A DNA stretch of 64,000 nucleotides. It comes from Candidatus Pacebacteria bacterium CG2_30_36_39. GTDB taxonomy: Bacteria > Patescibacteriota > Microgenomatia > UBA1400 > PJMF01. Below the pieces are notes generated by a model. That model saw nothing but the letters and a program-made list of their open reading frames with translations. It was not told the DNA's origin and did not search any database. How positions within the stretch are numbered: the stretch's first letter is position 1; every line of letters begins with the position of its first letter. Made by a program: the position numbers and the translations under genes. Of this stretch, positions 8,201-18,758 are shown piece after piece. Where the stretch lies: assembly GCA_001873435.1 (NCBI GenBank), contig MNZB01000004.1, forward strand, positions 307,004 through 371,003, given 5' to 3'.

Positions 8201-11128
8201 TTATTTATTTTGTAAACTAACCCCTACAAACGAGTGGGTGTTTTCTGGAGAAATAAACTCCAGAGTATCTCCAACAAGCTCCCCCTGTGGTGCTATGAGG
8301 GTGGCTTTTTTACCAGGGAAATATATGGTGGTTCTTCTATTTTCCACTTCTATTCCAGGTTGTTTTTGATCAAAAAATAAGAATGAAAATGGTTCATCTA
8401 AAACCTTACCAGTTTCATAGGTATATTGAACCGTAACTACAGAATCTTTTGGTACTTCTAGGGGGAAACCAACTACTTTTTTGTCTTTTTCGTTATAGAC
8501 ACTAGCAAGACCACCATCTATCTTTTTCCCATTAACCAAGACTTCTTTTGCTTGAGTATTCTTTCCTGAAATAAAGCGCAAATATAATTTATATGCTCCT
8601 AGTGGCCAGCCGTCAGATTTGGCTTTGTTCGAGAAAACAACAGTCCTAATATGCTTAATGTTTTTTTCTCCTAGTTCAATTCTTTCTTCAATTTTTCTTT
8701 CAATATAACCATTTACTTTATTGAGACCAATATTTGTTTCTACCTGATATGTTTGTTCAACAAAACAATTAGTCTGAGGGAATCTCTGTGGACACATTGG
8801 AGAAATTACTTCTCCATTCCAGCCAAGCTGCTGTAATATTTCTTGATTTTTTTGATCAAATAAAGAAATTAAGAGATCTTTACTTTCAAGACTCTGATAA
8901 AAAGCCCCTATTATTTTATTCATTTCCTCTGGTGAAGCTGTTTTTATTCTTTTAAATAATTGGCTAAAAACCAAGTGTGTATAGTCTTTATTTTGAGCAG
9001 CATTTTGTACAAATTCAGCATCAGAATGAAACTCTACTCTCTCAAATAAATTGTTTTTTGTTAATGTTTCCTGATGATCACTAATTTCAATTGTATCCAG
9101 AGCTTCGATTAAGTCTTGAGCTACATAAAAATTCATAGCTAAAACACCATCAACTTGTTTTTTTAAGGCTTCTTTAACAAACCAAGCAGCTCTTTGGGCG
9201 GTGGTTGGAAAATCTGGATCCCAATTACTATCTCTCATGAACCAATTCTTTTCTCCCAAGTATTTCTGTAATTCTGCTGGCGGAGCAACTAAACCTGGCA
9301 AAAGAGAGTCAACCTCTTGAGTGTTGAATGTCTGAGTGTCAATTAACATTCCTTTGTCAAAGGTAAGTAGTAAAAAATCTTGGATAAAACCACCAGTTGG
9401 TCTGATTTCTAGGTTGTTTTGCAATAAAACAAGATAGGTTTTTTTGCCTTCTCCCCCAAATAAACTAGAGAAAAATCCAGGCAATTGTTGAGTTAAAGAA
9501 AGATTTTCTTTTGTTTTTTCCAAATAGTCTATCCAGCGCTGTTGGGTTTCATTCTCTGTTTTATTTTCATTTGGATAAAGATAAAAAATAGATTCTTCAA
9601 TTAAAGAAATTTTTTCAGTAATTTTTGAACTCAAATCTACTATTTCTTGAGGAAACTCCTTATTAGTCTCCCCCACTCCTACAACACCGAGACCATAATT
9701 TGCTGTTTTTTCCTGTAAATATTTTTGTAATGATTGAAGCTCAACAAAACCATTAATTAATTGATCTACCACTGTTTTTTCAGTTATTAAATCACTCGCC
9801 ACTCCATTATAAATACCAACTTGTTTATTAAGAAACCCTGCCCAAACACCTGGTGAAAAATCTTGAGCGGTTTGTGGTGAATTTTTCTCAAAATATCCAA
9901 CTAATTCTTTTTTTGCAAAGAAAAAAGTCATTTCTAAAATCAACCACAAGGCCAGGGTCACACCGCCTAAAATCATTACCCCTACCCCACCAAAAAACAT
10001 GACTTTATTTTTCTTTGATTTTTCAGAAATCTTTTTTACAATTTTTACCTTCTTATCAATTCTTTCTTCATTTATTTTCGATCTTTTTTGATGAAACAAT
10101 CTAGATAATTCTCCCTCTATCTTCTCCTCTTCTATTTCAATAACTTCTTCTTTTGTCTTTTCTTGATCTTTAGATTGATGTATCGTTGTTTTATCTATGA
10201 TTATTTTTTCATCAACCTGTCGTTCTTCAATTGAAGTCTTTAAAGCCTGTTTTTGTGGCTTTAAAAGCCTTTGGTCTATTGTTTTGATTAACTCTAATGA
10301 ATCATCTTTTCTTTTAACGTCATTAAACAAGGAGGGGGAGGGAATGTTTAGTTTTTTCTCCCAGTTTTGTTTTTCTCTAACCAACTTGTCTAAAATGGGT
10401 CTGATTTCACAAGTAATTTTTACTTTCAAAAAATCCCCAATATCTGGAAAAACTCTTCTACCTTTTACCGCAAGAAGTTCTAGGGTAGAGGAGTAATAAG
10501 TTTGAAATAGATCCAAACAATAAACCAAATGATCGGTGCTTAAAACATTTTTACCCTGGATTAATATTTTTTGAGGTTGATGTGGTTTGAAAAATATTAA
10601 TTTTAAGTTGTCTATAACTCCAGAAAGGTTGGTTAAATAAATATCTTCTTCTGGATCAAATAAAACTTGTTTTTTGTGACCAGATAGAGATGTTTTAATA
10701 ATCTCTGGAAGATAATTTCCTTCTAAATAATCCCTAATAAAAAAGAATTGGGCTTGAGGAAAATTGTTAATTAAATTTTCAAAGTTAACATTTTTTTGTT
10801 CAAAAGCCATTTCTGAATCTAAAATATATTTTTCTGGTAAAACACCGATAATCATTACTGAAATTTCTGGAGAAACCTCAGTTAAAAATTTAGTTATAGT
10901 TTCCAGGGTTTTTATATTACTAAAATCAACCCACCAGATAATACGATAAATACTTTTTACGCTAAGACTTTTAACATCAAGATGGGGAAGTTGAGCTAGG
11001 GTTATTTTAAGAGTTTCAATTTCATAAACCCCAAATAAATCTTCAACTTTCGCTGAAAATTCATCATAATCTCCGAGAATAATAACTCGAGGACTTTCGT
11101 CAATAATTTGGGTATGAAGGGCAGGCAT
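8201..11128 (-). CDS. DUF4012-type membrane-anchored protein
   Basis: YLVLLQNNLEIRPTGGFI, MRDSNWDPDFPTTA, VDGVLA, NIGLNKVN, QKQPGI motifs; one central TM. Confidence 0.8.
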   Translation of the reverse strand: MPALHTQIIDESPRVIILGDYDEFSAKVEDLFGVYEIETLKITLAQLPHLDVKSLSVKSIYRIIWWVDFSNIKTLETITKFLTEVSPEISVMIIGVLPEKYILDSEMAFEQKNVNFENLINNFPQAQFFFIRDYLEGNYLPEIIKTSLSGHKKQVLFDPEEDIYLTNLSGVIDNLKLIFFKPHQPQKILIQGKNVLSTDHLVYCLDLFQTYYSSTLELLAVKGRRVFPDIGDFLKVKITCEIRPILDKLVREKQNWEKKLNIPSPSLFNDVKRKDDSLELIKTIDQRLLKPQKQALKTSIEERQVDEKIIIDKTTIHQSKDQEKTKEEVIEIEEEKIEGELSRLFHQKRSKINEERIDKKVKIVKKISEKSKKNKVMFFGGVGVMILGGVTLALWLILEMTFFFAKKELVGYFEKNSPQTAQDFSPGVWAGFLNKQVGIYNGVASDLITEKTVVDQLINGFVELQSLQKYLQEKTANYGLGVVGVGETNKEFPQEIVDLSSKITEKISLIEESIFYLYPNENKTENETQQRWIDYLEKTKENLSLTQQLPGFFSSLFGGEGKKTYLVLLQNNLEIRPTGGFIQDFLLLTFDKGMLIDTQTFNTQEVDSLLPGLVAPPAELQKYLGEKNWFMRDSNWDPDFPTTAQRAAWFVKEALKKQVDGVLAMNFYVAQDLIEALDTIEISDHQETLTKNNLFERVEFHSDAEFVQNAAQNKDYTHLVFSQLFKRIKTASPEEMNKIIGAFYQSLESKDLLISLFDQKNQEILQQLGWNGEVISPMCPQRFPQTNCFVEQTYQVETNIGLNKVNGYIERKIEERIELGEKNIKHIRTVVFSNKAKSDGWPLGAYKLYLRFISGKNTQAKEVLVNGKKIDGGLASVYNEKDKKVVGFPLEVPKDSVVTVQYTYETGKVLDEPFSFLFFDQKQPGIEVENRRTTIYFPGKKATLIAPQGELVGDTLEFISPENTHSFVGVSLQNK

Positions 11129-11189
11129 ATAAAGATTATGCCCATTGTATGCAATATAAGACTACTTTGAAAGAAGAAGGCAAAATAAG

Positions 11190-11609
11190 CTATAAACCTT
11201 GACTATCCATAGCTTGATTTGCTAATAAATCAGCTTGAGTATTTTTATGACGTAATACATGGTGAAAAAAAACAGAGTAGGGGAGAGAGTTTATTATTTC
11301 CCAACCTTGTTGAGCTAATTCTCTCAGTCTTGGTTCTTTTATTTTCCAATTCTTTTGCATTTGTTCTACAACTAGTTTGGAATCTAAATAAAAATCAACT
11401 TGTTCAAGTTTGTTATTGTCAGAAAAATCTTTAAGCCAAGTCAGTGCATTTATTAAAGCAAGATATTCAGCTTCATTGTTGGTTTTTTCACCAAAATAAA
11501 TCGCTTTTTCAAAAATAACTTCAGCCAATTGATTTTCTACCACAACACCACCACCTGAAATACCAGGATTTCCTCTAGAACCACCGTCTGTGTGAATTGA
11601 AAGTTTCAT
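11190..11609 (-). CDS. rnhA: Ribonuclease HI family protein
   Basis: HTDGGSRGNPG, TNNEAEYLA, LDSKLVVEQ, NTQADLLANQAMD. Confidence 0.92.
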   Translation of the reverse strand: MKLSIHTDGGSRGNPGISGGGVVVENQLAEVIFEKAIYFGEKTNNEAEYLALINALTWLKDFSDNNKLEQVDFYLDSKLVVEQMQKNWKIKEPRLRELAQQGWEIINSLPYSVFFHHVLRHKNTQADLLANQAMDSQGL

Positions 11610-11618
11610 TTTAAAATC

Positions 11619-12080
11619 TTATTTTTTGCGAATTACTAACACTCTACCAAAGGTATCGTCTTCGGAAAAAGTTTCAATATCGCTAAAATCAGGATTTTCA
11701 CCAATTGCAGAATGAACTAAAAAACGCTCATAAGAATTTAGATCATTAAAAACATATTCTCTTCCAGATTCGCGAACTTTCTCAGCAATCTGTAGAGCTT
11801 TTTCTTGTAATCTATTTTCTCTTTCTTTTCTGTAGCCGTTAATATCAATTACCAAACGTTGATTTTCTTCAATTTCTTCTTGATGTGCCAGGCGAACTAA
11901 AATTTCTAAAGATTCTAGTGTTTCACCCTTGGCGCCAATAAAATGTTTGGCTTTTTCTTCTGGTAAAACAATATTTAAATATATTTTTTCACCTTCAGCT
12001 GTTTCTTCAAAATTAATTTCACTAGCTTCAACTCCATAGAAGTCGAAGATTCTAATAATTCTATCTTTCATTTTTTGCAT
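11619..12080 (-). CDS. jag: Jag/KhpB RNA-binding protein (KH + R3H)
   Basis: FIGAKGETLESLE, IDINGYR, LNSYERFLVH; downstream of yidC. Confidence 0.88.
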   Translation of the reverse strand: MQKMKDRIIRIFDFYGVEASEINFEETAEGEKIYLNIVLPEEKAKHFIGAKGETLESLEILVRLAHQEEIEENQRLVIDINGYRKERENRLQEKALQIAEKVRESGREYVFNDLNSYERFLVHSAIGENPDFSDIETFSEDDTFGRVLVIRKK

Positions 12081-12819
12081 ATTTGCTCACCAATCTTTGA
12101 TAATAAATTTGTATTCCGCCCCAGCCAGAGACATAATATTGTTGAATGATACTAGTGACTGTACTGATAACCCAATAAAGTGCTAACCCAGAAGGAAAGC
12201 TGGCTGCTATTACACCCATCATGATAGGCATAATAAAAAGCATTTGTTGTTGCATTGTTGCAGCCATTTCTGCCGTGTTTTCTTCTTTTTTATTAGCTTC
12301 TTGGACTTTTTTAAGTTTACTTTTATTCGGCACTATATCTCTAACTTCGGCGCCAGGAGAGATCATTAAAGACAAAATAAGCTGAGTAACTCCAGATAGA
12401 ATTGGCAAAATATATGTTTTATCTGGCTGACTTACGTTAAACCACAAAAAATTGAGATTAAAACCATTAATTGTAGCTCCATCTAGAAAAGAGATCATTG
12501 CTCTATAAAGCACGATTATGACAAAAAATTGAATTAATTGAGGAATACATCCTGCGATTGGATTAGCGTTGTATCGTTTATAAAGCTCCATTTGAGCTTG
12601 TTGTAGGCCTTTTTTGTCTTTGCCAAACTTTTCTGTTAACTTTTTAAGTTCTGGTTGAAGTTTTTGTAATTGTTTTTGAGCTTTAATGGAAGAGTTTGTT
12701 AAGGGAAAAAGAGCAAACTTGGTTAATAGAGTAAAAGCAACAATTCCCCATCCAAGACTACCTAAGGTTTCGCTTAAAAAAATTAAAAATCGTACACTTT
12801 GTTCAATAAGATATCCCAT
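12061..12819 (-). CDS. yidC: Membrane protein insertase YidC
   Basis: KLQPELKKL...QMELYKRYNANPIAGCIPQLIQ; PSGLALYW. Confidence 0.95.
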   Translation of the reverse strand: MGYLIEQSVRFLIFLSETLGSLGWGIVAFTLLTKFALFPLTNSSIKAQKQLQKLQPELKKLTEKFGKDKKGLQQAQMELYKRYNANPIAGCIPQLIQFFVIIVLYRAMISFLDGATINGFNLNFLWFNVSQPDKTYILPILSGVTQLILSLMISPGAEVRDIVPNKSKLKKVQEANKKEENTAEMAATMQQQMLFIMPIMMGVIAASFPSGLALYWVISTVTSIIQQYYVSGWGGIQIYYQRLVSKYAKNER

Positions 12820-12828
12820 TAGATTCCT

Positions 12829-13035
12829 TTACCAACAAGTAATTAGGCGTAAAAACCCCTTTATCGATCCAACGATTGTACCATGTCTTTTAATTTCCGC
12901 TTGAGTATATCTACTACAGGTTGGAGTATGTTTACATTCACTACTAAAACCAAAAATAGTATATAAAATTTGATGTTTCCAAAAACCTACAATTTGATAA
13001 ATACCAAATATGCCAGGAGAATATTCTTTTTTCAT
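12829..13035 (-). CDS. yidD: Membrane protein insertion efficiency factor
   Basis: CKHTPTCSRY...HGTIVG...RLITC; between rnpA and yidC. Confidence 0.85.
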   Translation of the reverse strand: MKKEYSPGIFGIYQIVGFWKHQILYTIFGFSSECKHTPTCSRYTQAEIKRHGTIVGSIKGFLRLITCW

Positions 13036-13370
13036 TTTTGAGCTAAGACTTCTGTTTTGAAGTTTTTCATCTCTACTACAAAGACTTCTTTTTCTCTGGA
13101 AAAGTCTTTAAAAACTTTAATAATACAACGAAGTTTTAAATTTTGTAATAAATCCGAAGAAATCTCGTTATAAATCAATCTTTTGAGTTTATTTCTTTGG
13201 GTTGCCATTAAAATATTTTTTTTAGGAACAACGACAGAAAATTGATTGTTTTCTATTGAATTTTTAAAATCAAAATAAGCTGAAAAAAACTTTCCACGCC
13301 AGGTATTTCCTCGATAGACTTCTTTATTCGAGATATCTTTTAAATTTAACTTATTTTTTTTAGGTAACAT
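13032..13370 (-). CDS. rnpA: Ribonuclease P protein component
   Basis: MLPKKNKL start; VVVPKK..ATQRNKLKR (RNR motif); synteny. Confidence 0.85.
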   Translation of the reverse strand: MLPKKNKLNLKDISNKEVYRGNTWRGKFFSAYFDFKNSIENNQFSVVVPKKNILMATQRNKLKRLIYNEISSDLLQNLKLRCIIKVFKDFSREKEVFVVEMKNFKTEVLAQK

Positions 13371-13425
13371 AATAAAAGCCTGTAACTCAGACTTCATTGT
13401 ACAAAAGAAATAGAGAAGAATTAAA

Positions 13426-13581
13426 CTAAACTTTCTTAAGAACAGTGAGTTTTTTACGACCTTTATTGCGACGTCGTTTAAGTACTAAACGACCGTCATG
13501 AGAGGCCATTCTCTTTAAGAAGCCATGAGTGCGTAATCTTTTTTTCTTTTTAGGGTTCCAAGTGCGTTTTGTCTTTGCCAT
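13426..13581 (-). CDS. rpmH: 50S ribosomal protein L34
   Basis: Not in ORF track; manual translation [51 protein letters not shown]. Confidence 0.95.
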   Translation of the reverse strand: MAKTKRTWNPKKKKRLRTHGFLKRMASHDGRLVLKRRRNKGRKKLTVLKKV

Positions 13582-13604
13582 AGGCGAGGATTATATCATA
13601 GTTT

Positions 13605-14714
13605 TTAAGAGCTAGTTGTTCTGAAAGGCATAATTACATATAGGAAATTTGGCTCGTCAGGAATTTGAAAAGCAGCTGGTTTTAGACTCTCGTTCATTTT
13701 AAAGATTAATTCACCTTCTTTTTTCTTGTTTAAAAAATCCATTAGATAAACAGCATTAAAAGCTATCTCCTGACTTTCTCCAGAATATTTTACTATCATT
13801 TCCCCCTGGTAATCCCCAGTAGCTGGTGAATTAGCTTTAAATCTTAAAATATCTTTGTCTAGTTCTAGTTTTACGATATTTGAACTATCTTTAGCAAAAA
13901 GAAAGGCTCTTTTAATTTGAGTTTGGAATTCGCCAAAGTCAGTTTTTATTTCTATGGCAAATTCTTCAGGAATTATTTTTTTATATGGTGGATATTCTCC
14001 TTCTATCAAGCGAACGTAGATTTCTATTCCATCAATCATAAAAAGAACTTGTTTAAGCTCCTCAGCTACTCTGAAAGCAACTTTTTCTTGCTCTACTTGG
14101 TTCATCATCCTAAACACTTCATTTAGAGCTTTTACTGGTATTAAGAAGTTTTTATTTAAATTAGGAACTTCGCCTTCATAACTTAATGCTGCCAATCTAT
14201 AGCCATCAGTTGCAGCAATTTCTAGTTTTTTATCCTGAAAAGAGAAGAGTAACGAGGTTAAAACAGGTCTCGTTTGATCTTGTGCTGCAGCAAATGAAAT
14301 ATAAGTATCTACTTTTTGTAATAAATCTTTTGATAATGTAAATGTTTCCCCATTTACCTCTGGAAATTGAGGATATTCCTCAGCGCTTTGATAGGGGAGT
14401 GTACTTTTGCTTTTTTCATATTTAACTAAAATTGAGGTATCTGATTGAATAAATTCAACGTCTCCGGCTGAAAAAGAAAAAATTAAACTTTTAAATATTT
14501 CACCAGGAACGACACATTCACCAGTTTCTTCAACTATTGCTGGAATAGTACTTTTAATTCCTAAATATAAATCTGTTGCTGCTAAAGTTAATTGATTTCC
14601 TTTAACCTGTAAGTAAACCGATGAAAGAATTGGCAGTTGTGGTTTACTTGGAATTGCTTTTTGCAAACTAGTTAAAGCAGTTTTTAAATTTTCTTGTAAA
14701 ACTTTAAATTTCAT
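13605..14714 (-). CDS. dnaN: DNA polymerase III beta clamp
   Basis: LPILS, ATDL, RPVLT, ATDGYRLA, RLIEGEYPPY, YVIMP motifs. Confidence 0.97.
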   Translation of the reverse strand: MKFKVLQENLKTALTSLQKAIPSKPQLPILSSVYLQVKGNQLTLAATDLYLGIKSTIPAIVEETGECVVPGEIFKSLIFSFSAGDVEFIQSDTSILVKYEKSKSTLPYQSAEEYPQFPEVNGETFTLSKDLLQKVDTYISFAAAQDQTRPVLTSLLFSFQDKKLEIAATDGYRLAALSYEGEVPNLNKNFLIPVKALNEVFRMMNQVEQEKVAFRVAEELKQVLFMIDGIEIYVRLIEGEYPPYKKIIPEEFAIEIKTDFGEFQTQIKRAFLFAKDSSNIVKLELDKDILRFKANSPATGDYQGEMIVKYSGESQEIAFNAVYLMDFLNKKKEGELIFKMNESLKPAAFQIPDEPNFLYVIMPFRTTSS

Positions 14715-14729
14715 ATTTTAGGTTCTGTC

Positions 14730-14985
14730 TTTACTATCTATATATATATGTTGTTGTAGTAATAATAGAAGCTGTTGATAAGTGGGAAAGCCGCAAATAA
14801 TACTCAAGTATTTTCATAAAAGTTAATGTTAATTAACTTGGCTAACCAGTTCTTCATAACTTTGTGTATTGTGCCGTAAAACTTTGTTAAAAGCGATAGG
14901 TTTTTCACAATAGCTCAAAGTTATTAATAGTTATCCAGAGCCTTTCCACAAAGTTATTAACTGAGTTATCCACAATTGTTGATAA
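14730..14985. other. Replication origin oriC (DnaA boxes, DnaA-trios, AT-rich unwinding tract)
   Basis: Perfect TTATCCACA 14966-14974; near boxes at 14931, 14942, 14977(rc), 14773(rc); minus strand reads box-GC-TTC TAT TAT TAC TAC AAC AAC-ATATATATAT. Confidence 0.88.
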
Positions 14986-16497
14986 CTATATCTTAGAGAT
15001 AGCAGTTAATGACATTCTAAGAGCTGAAATATCTTGTTGTGTCAAGCTTTCTTCTTTTATCTCACTCTCTATTTTATTAATAGCATGTAGAACACTAGTA
15101 TGATCTCTACCCGAGAACCACTTACCAATTTCTTCTAACGGCATATTAAGCTCTTTCCTCAAGAGATACATAGCAGTATGTCTAGCTCCAACAATGTCTT
15201 TAATTCTTCTTTTACCTTTAAGAGCACTTTGTTTGATTCGATAATGATCAGCCACTGTTTTGATAATATCTTGAGGCTTAACACGAAGATTTGGAGAAAT
15301 TGTAGGAGCTTCTGTTTTAAGTAATGATTGAATTAATTCTTCAGTAATTGTTCTTTGTTTTAATTCAACCTCTGATCTTAAAAGTTTAATAATACCCTCA
15401 ATTCTTCTAGCTCCATCTACTTTTGAAGAAATTAATTGTGCCAAATTCATTGGCAAATCTAAATGATTTGCTTGAGCTTTAATTAAAAGGATCGCGGTGC
15501 GAAGTTCAAAAGAGGGTTGTTGAATATCAATCATTAAACCAGCCTCAAATCGAGATCTTAATCTAGATTCTAGTAGATTGATTTCATGAGGAGGGCGGTC
15601 AGAAGTAAGAATAATCTGAGAAGCTTGTTTGGTTAGTGCATTAAAAGTGTGAAAGAATTCTTCTTGAACAGCATTTTTTCCAGCCAAAAACTGAACATCA
15701 TCGATTAAAAGTACCTGGGTATTTCTATATTTTTGTTTAAAATCAAAAGCTCTTTTCTTTTGGATAGCATTAACAATTTCATTTGTAAATTCTTCACCAG
15801 TGCAATAAATAACGTTTGTTTCTGGATTTTGTTTGAGAATATTGTTAGCAATCGCTTGCATTAAATGAGTTTTACCCACTCCAACTCCTCCATATAAGAA
15901 AAGTGGGTTGTAGGCAGCTCCAGGGTTGTTTGAAACGGCTGTGGCAGCAGCATGGGCCATCTCATTAGTAGTTGAAACAGCAAACGTTTTAAAGGTGTAA
16001 TCTAGTCTCAGGCCAATTCTTTTGGCTGCTGTTTTTGATCTATCTTGAAAGCTGGCTTGCAAAGTGTGGGCGGAAAAAAGCTCATCAACAGTAGGAGAGG
16101 TTGAGTTTCCAGAGCTAAAACCATGTAATTGCTGAGTTTTTACTGGCTGAGATGGCAATAAATGAGCTGTTTGACTCAAATTATCAACACTTGATGAAGC
16201 ATTGGGTGTAAATGGTGTGCCTACAATGAATTCTATTTCCACTTTTTTATTTAATTGAGCTTCTAATGTTTCCTTTATTTGGGTATAGAGATTTTTTTTG
16301 AGATTTGTAGCATGAAAAGCAGTGGGGCAAGTAATTGTAGCTAGTGCTTGATTTTGTTGATCAACCTCAACTTTTGTTAATGGATTAGAAACAATCCAGG
16401 TGTTAAAAACAGCGGGAGTAAGTTGTGTTTTTAGAGTTTCTTGAGTGGCCTTCCAGACAGTATTAATTTCATTTTCCTCTAACGTATGAGTAAACAT
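14986..16497 (-). CDS. dnaA: Chromosomal replication initiator DnaA
   Basis: YNPLFLYGGVGVGKTHL, LLIDDVQF, QEEFFHTFN, RLRSRF, GRDHTSVLHA. Confidence 0.98.
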   Translation of the reverse strand: MFTHTLEENEINTVWKATQETLKTQLTPAVFNTWIVSNPLTKVEVDQQNQALATITCPTAFHATNLKKNLYTQIKETLEAQLNKKVEIEFIVGTPFTPNASSSVDNLSQTAHLLPSQPVKTQQLHGFSSGNSTSPTVDELFSAHTLQASFQDRSKTAAKRIGLRLDYTFKTFAVSTTNEMAHAAATAVSNNPGAAYNPLFLYGGVGVGKTHLMQAIANNILKQNPETNVIYCTGEEFTNEIVNAIQKKRAFDFKQKYRNTQVLLIDDVQFLAGKNAVQEEFFHTFNALTKQASQIILTSDRPPHEINLLESRLRSRFEAGLMIDIQQPSFELRTAILLIKAQANHLDLPMNLAQLISSKVDGARRIEGIIKLLRSEVELKQRTITEELIQSLLKTEAPTISPNLRVKPQDIIKTVADHYRIKQSALKGKRRIKDIVGARHTAMYLLRKELNMPLEEIGKWFSGRDHTSVLHAINKIESEIKEESLTQQDISALRMSLTAISKI

Positions 16498-16580
16498 CTT
16501 TCCTTTTTTTTATTTTGGACAGAATATCTTTAACCTAATTAAAAAAAACAGCAGGGCAAGTTCGAGATTGTTTACTTAAG

Positions 16581-16601
16581 TTATACACCTAGTTTTCCAC
16601 A
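16581..16601. promoter_or_regulatory. DnaA boxes upstream of dnaA
   Basis: TTATACACC 16581-16589 and TTTTCCACA 16593-16601. Confidence 0.6.
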
Positions 16602-16663
16602 AGCTCTTAAGAGGAGTTTTAAAGTATTTTTATCTAAAGATCAAGCAGGAAAAAATATTTGTT

Positions 16664-18712
16664 CTATTCAGTTGGGGGAGAGTAGTCATTAATTGTGTAA
16701 TAACCAGCGTATTGTTTTTGTTTGGCTTTTTGTTCTGTTTCGGCTGCTAGTTTTTCATCTTCATCTTGAATTAGTTGCTTTTCTTGAGGAGCTTGAATAG
16801 GTTCTAACTGTTTTTCTTGTTTTGGTTTGAAAAGTGAAGAGAAGTCTTGTTTTTCTTTCTTTTTAACTTCATCTTCTGCTTCTTTTTGTAATTGAAATTG
16901 CTTGTTTTCCGCCCTTTGTTTGAGAACCTCTTCTGGATTTGTTGTAATAACTTCATGTTCTTCATCGCTAGCCACAACTCTTAAAGCTACGTGGTTTTGT
17001 CCTGCAAAAAATACACCCTCTCCAACGTCAGACGAAACCAGCAATTGTCTTTCTCCCTCAGATAAATAAAATGTTTCAGCTAAAACAGGGATTGAAGCGC
17101 TTGATTGCTTCATTAAAAATTGGATAGAAGCATTACTGACAATAGCTTTTCCATAATCATTATGTAAAAAGTCCTCAACATCTTGAGTAATAGTAGTAAT
17201 TCCTAAATAATATTTACGTGCTCTTTTAACCATAGAGTGAATAAAAGAGGCACTGTCTTTATGCTTCATAAAATACCAGGCTTCATCAATCACTAAAATT
17301 CTACGTTTTAAATTCTTTTTTACTCTAGTCCAAATAAAATCTAGGATAATAAACATAGCAATAGGCCTAAGAGCTTCTTCCATTTCTTTTACAGAAAATA
17401 CTGTAAAAGGATTGGTAATATTCATATTGGATGGTTTATCAAAAATACCTCTAAAGGAACCGGTGATAAACTTTTCAAGTCTAGCAGCAATATCATTAGC
17501 ATCATCATTTTCCATACCAATTAGTGCTTTATATAGATCTTCCATTAGAGGTGGTTCGTTTGTTTGAGTTACTGGATCTGGAGTAATGCCCTTGGCTTTA
17601 TAAGCAGCAATTAAAGCTCTATCTAATAAGGCTTCTTGTTGGGCAGTCATTTCTCCCAACATGACTTTTAGTAATCCGTGTAGGGTAATAACTTTTTGTC
17701 CAAGCTCATTTTCTCCCTCCTCATACATAGCAGAGAGATCAAATGGATTTAGTTTTGTTTCAGAACCAAAGGTGAAGTTAATATATTCTCCGCCAACTTT
17801 TTTAGCTAACTCCTCATATTCGTGTTCTGGGTCAAGAACAATTACTTCAGCATCAAACATTAATTGACGAATAATTTCCAATTTAACAGTATAAGACTTG
17901 CCTGCACCAGATTTAGCGAAAATAACCATGTTGGCATTTTCCATTTTAAAACGATCAAAAATTACCAATGAATCATTATGTTCATTAATTCCATAAAGAA
18001 TTCCAGTTTCCATGGTTAATTCTGAAGAAGTAAAAGGAAAGGTTGTGGCTAGTGACGTAGTATCCATGTTTCTAGTAATCATTAGCTTATCTTTACCCAT
18101 TGGAAGAGTGGTCTTAAAGCCTTCATCCATTTGCAAAGTTGCCTTTTTAGAAACAATAAGCAGAGAACCCAACATTGATTGAATGTTTTTGGTTATTTTA
18201 TCTAAAAACTCCATACTTGGAGCATTCAGAGTTATATATAGACCAAATTGAAAAAATCTCTCTGATCCAGCTGCTAGTTGTTCTCGAATGGACCTAGCAT
18301 CACTTAATTTAATCTCAGTATTAATATTACTAATTTTTCCAGATCTGATGTCAGATTGGATTTCTGCCTCCATCTCAGTAATTTTTCTTTTTAAGTTATC
18401 TAAAACCTCAGAAGAGTCAACGGGATAAACAAACATTGAGATGTTTGCTTGACTAGGAAAGTTAATAAGAGGAGATAACCAGTTGGCTGGAACTGTACGA
18501 GGGTAGCCGGCCACAAAAAGAGTACGGGTGTAAGTAGAGTTAATTTGTTGATAGGTAAAATCAACCTCAATTGCTTCAGGAGCAATAATGTCTTGAATTG
18601 TTACTAGACCTTGAGAAAACTCTTTGATCTTTTCCATCTCTTTTTGTTCTTGAGTTGGTTCTGAAGAGTTATTCGTGGTTTTTTTGCTAAAAAATGGCAA
18701 CTGAAAGGGCAT
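16664..18712 (-). CDS. VirB4-like T4SS ATPase
   Basis: TFPFTS, GILYGIN, NANMVIFAKSGAGKS (Walker A), DPEHEY, VIDEAW (Walker B), RARKY, TQDVEDF. Confidence 0.9.
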   Translation of the reverse strand: MPFQLPFFSKKTTNNSSEPTQEQKEMEKIKEFSQGLVTIQDIIAPEAIEVDFTYQQINSTYTRTLFVAGYPRTVPANWLSPLINFPSQANISMFVYPVDSSEVLDNLKRKITEMEAEIQSDIRSGKISNINTEIKLSDARSIREQLAAGSERFFQFGLYITLNAPSMEFLDKITKNIQSMLGSLLIVSKKATLQMDEGFKTTLPMGKDKLMITRNMDTTSLATTFPFTSSELTMETGILYGINEHNDSLVIFDRFKMENANMVIFAKSGAGKSYTVKLEIIRQLMFDAEVIVLDPEHEYEELAKKVGGEYINFTFGSETKLNPFDLSAMYEEGENELGQKVITLHGLLKVMLGEMTAQQEALLDRALIAAYKAKGITPDPVTQTNEPPLMEDLYKALIGMENDDANDIAARLEKFITGSFRGIFDKPSNMNITNPFTVFSVKEMEEALRPIAMFIILDFIWTRVKKNLKRRILVIDEAWYFMKHKDSASFIHSMVKRARKYYLGITTITQDVEDFLHNDYGKAIVSNASIQFLMKQSSASIPVLAETFYLSEGERQLLVSSDVGEGVFFAGQNHVALRVVASDEEHEVITTNPEEVLKQRAENKQFQLQKEAEDEVKKKEKQDFSSLFKPKQEKQLEPIQAPQEKQLIQDEDEKLAAETEQKAKQKQYAGYYTINDYSPPTE

Positions 18713-18758
18713 TGTTCTCTATTGTAACCATATTTTTACTAAGACTTGTAGTGCAGAA

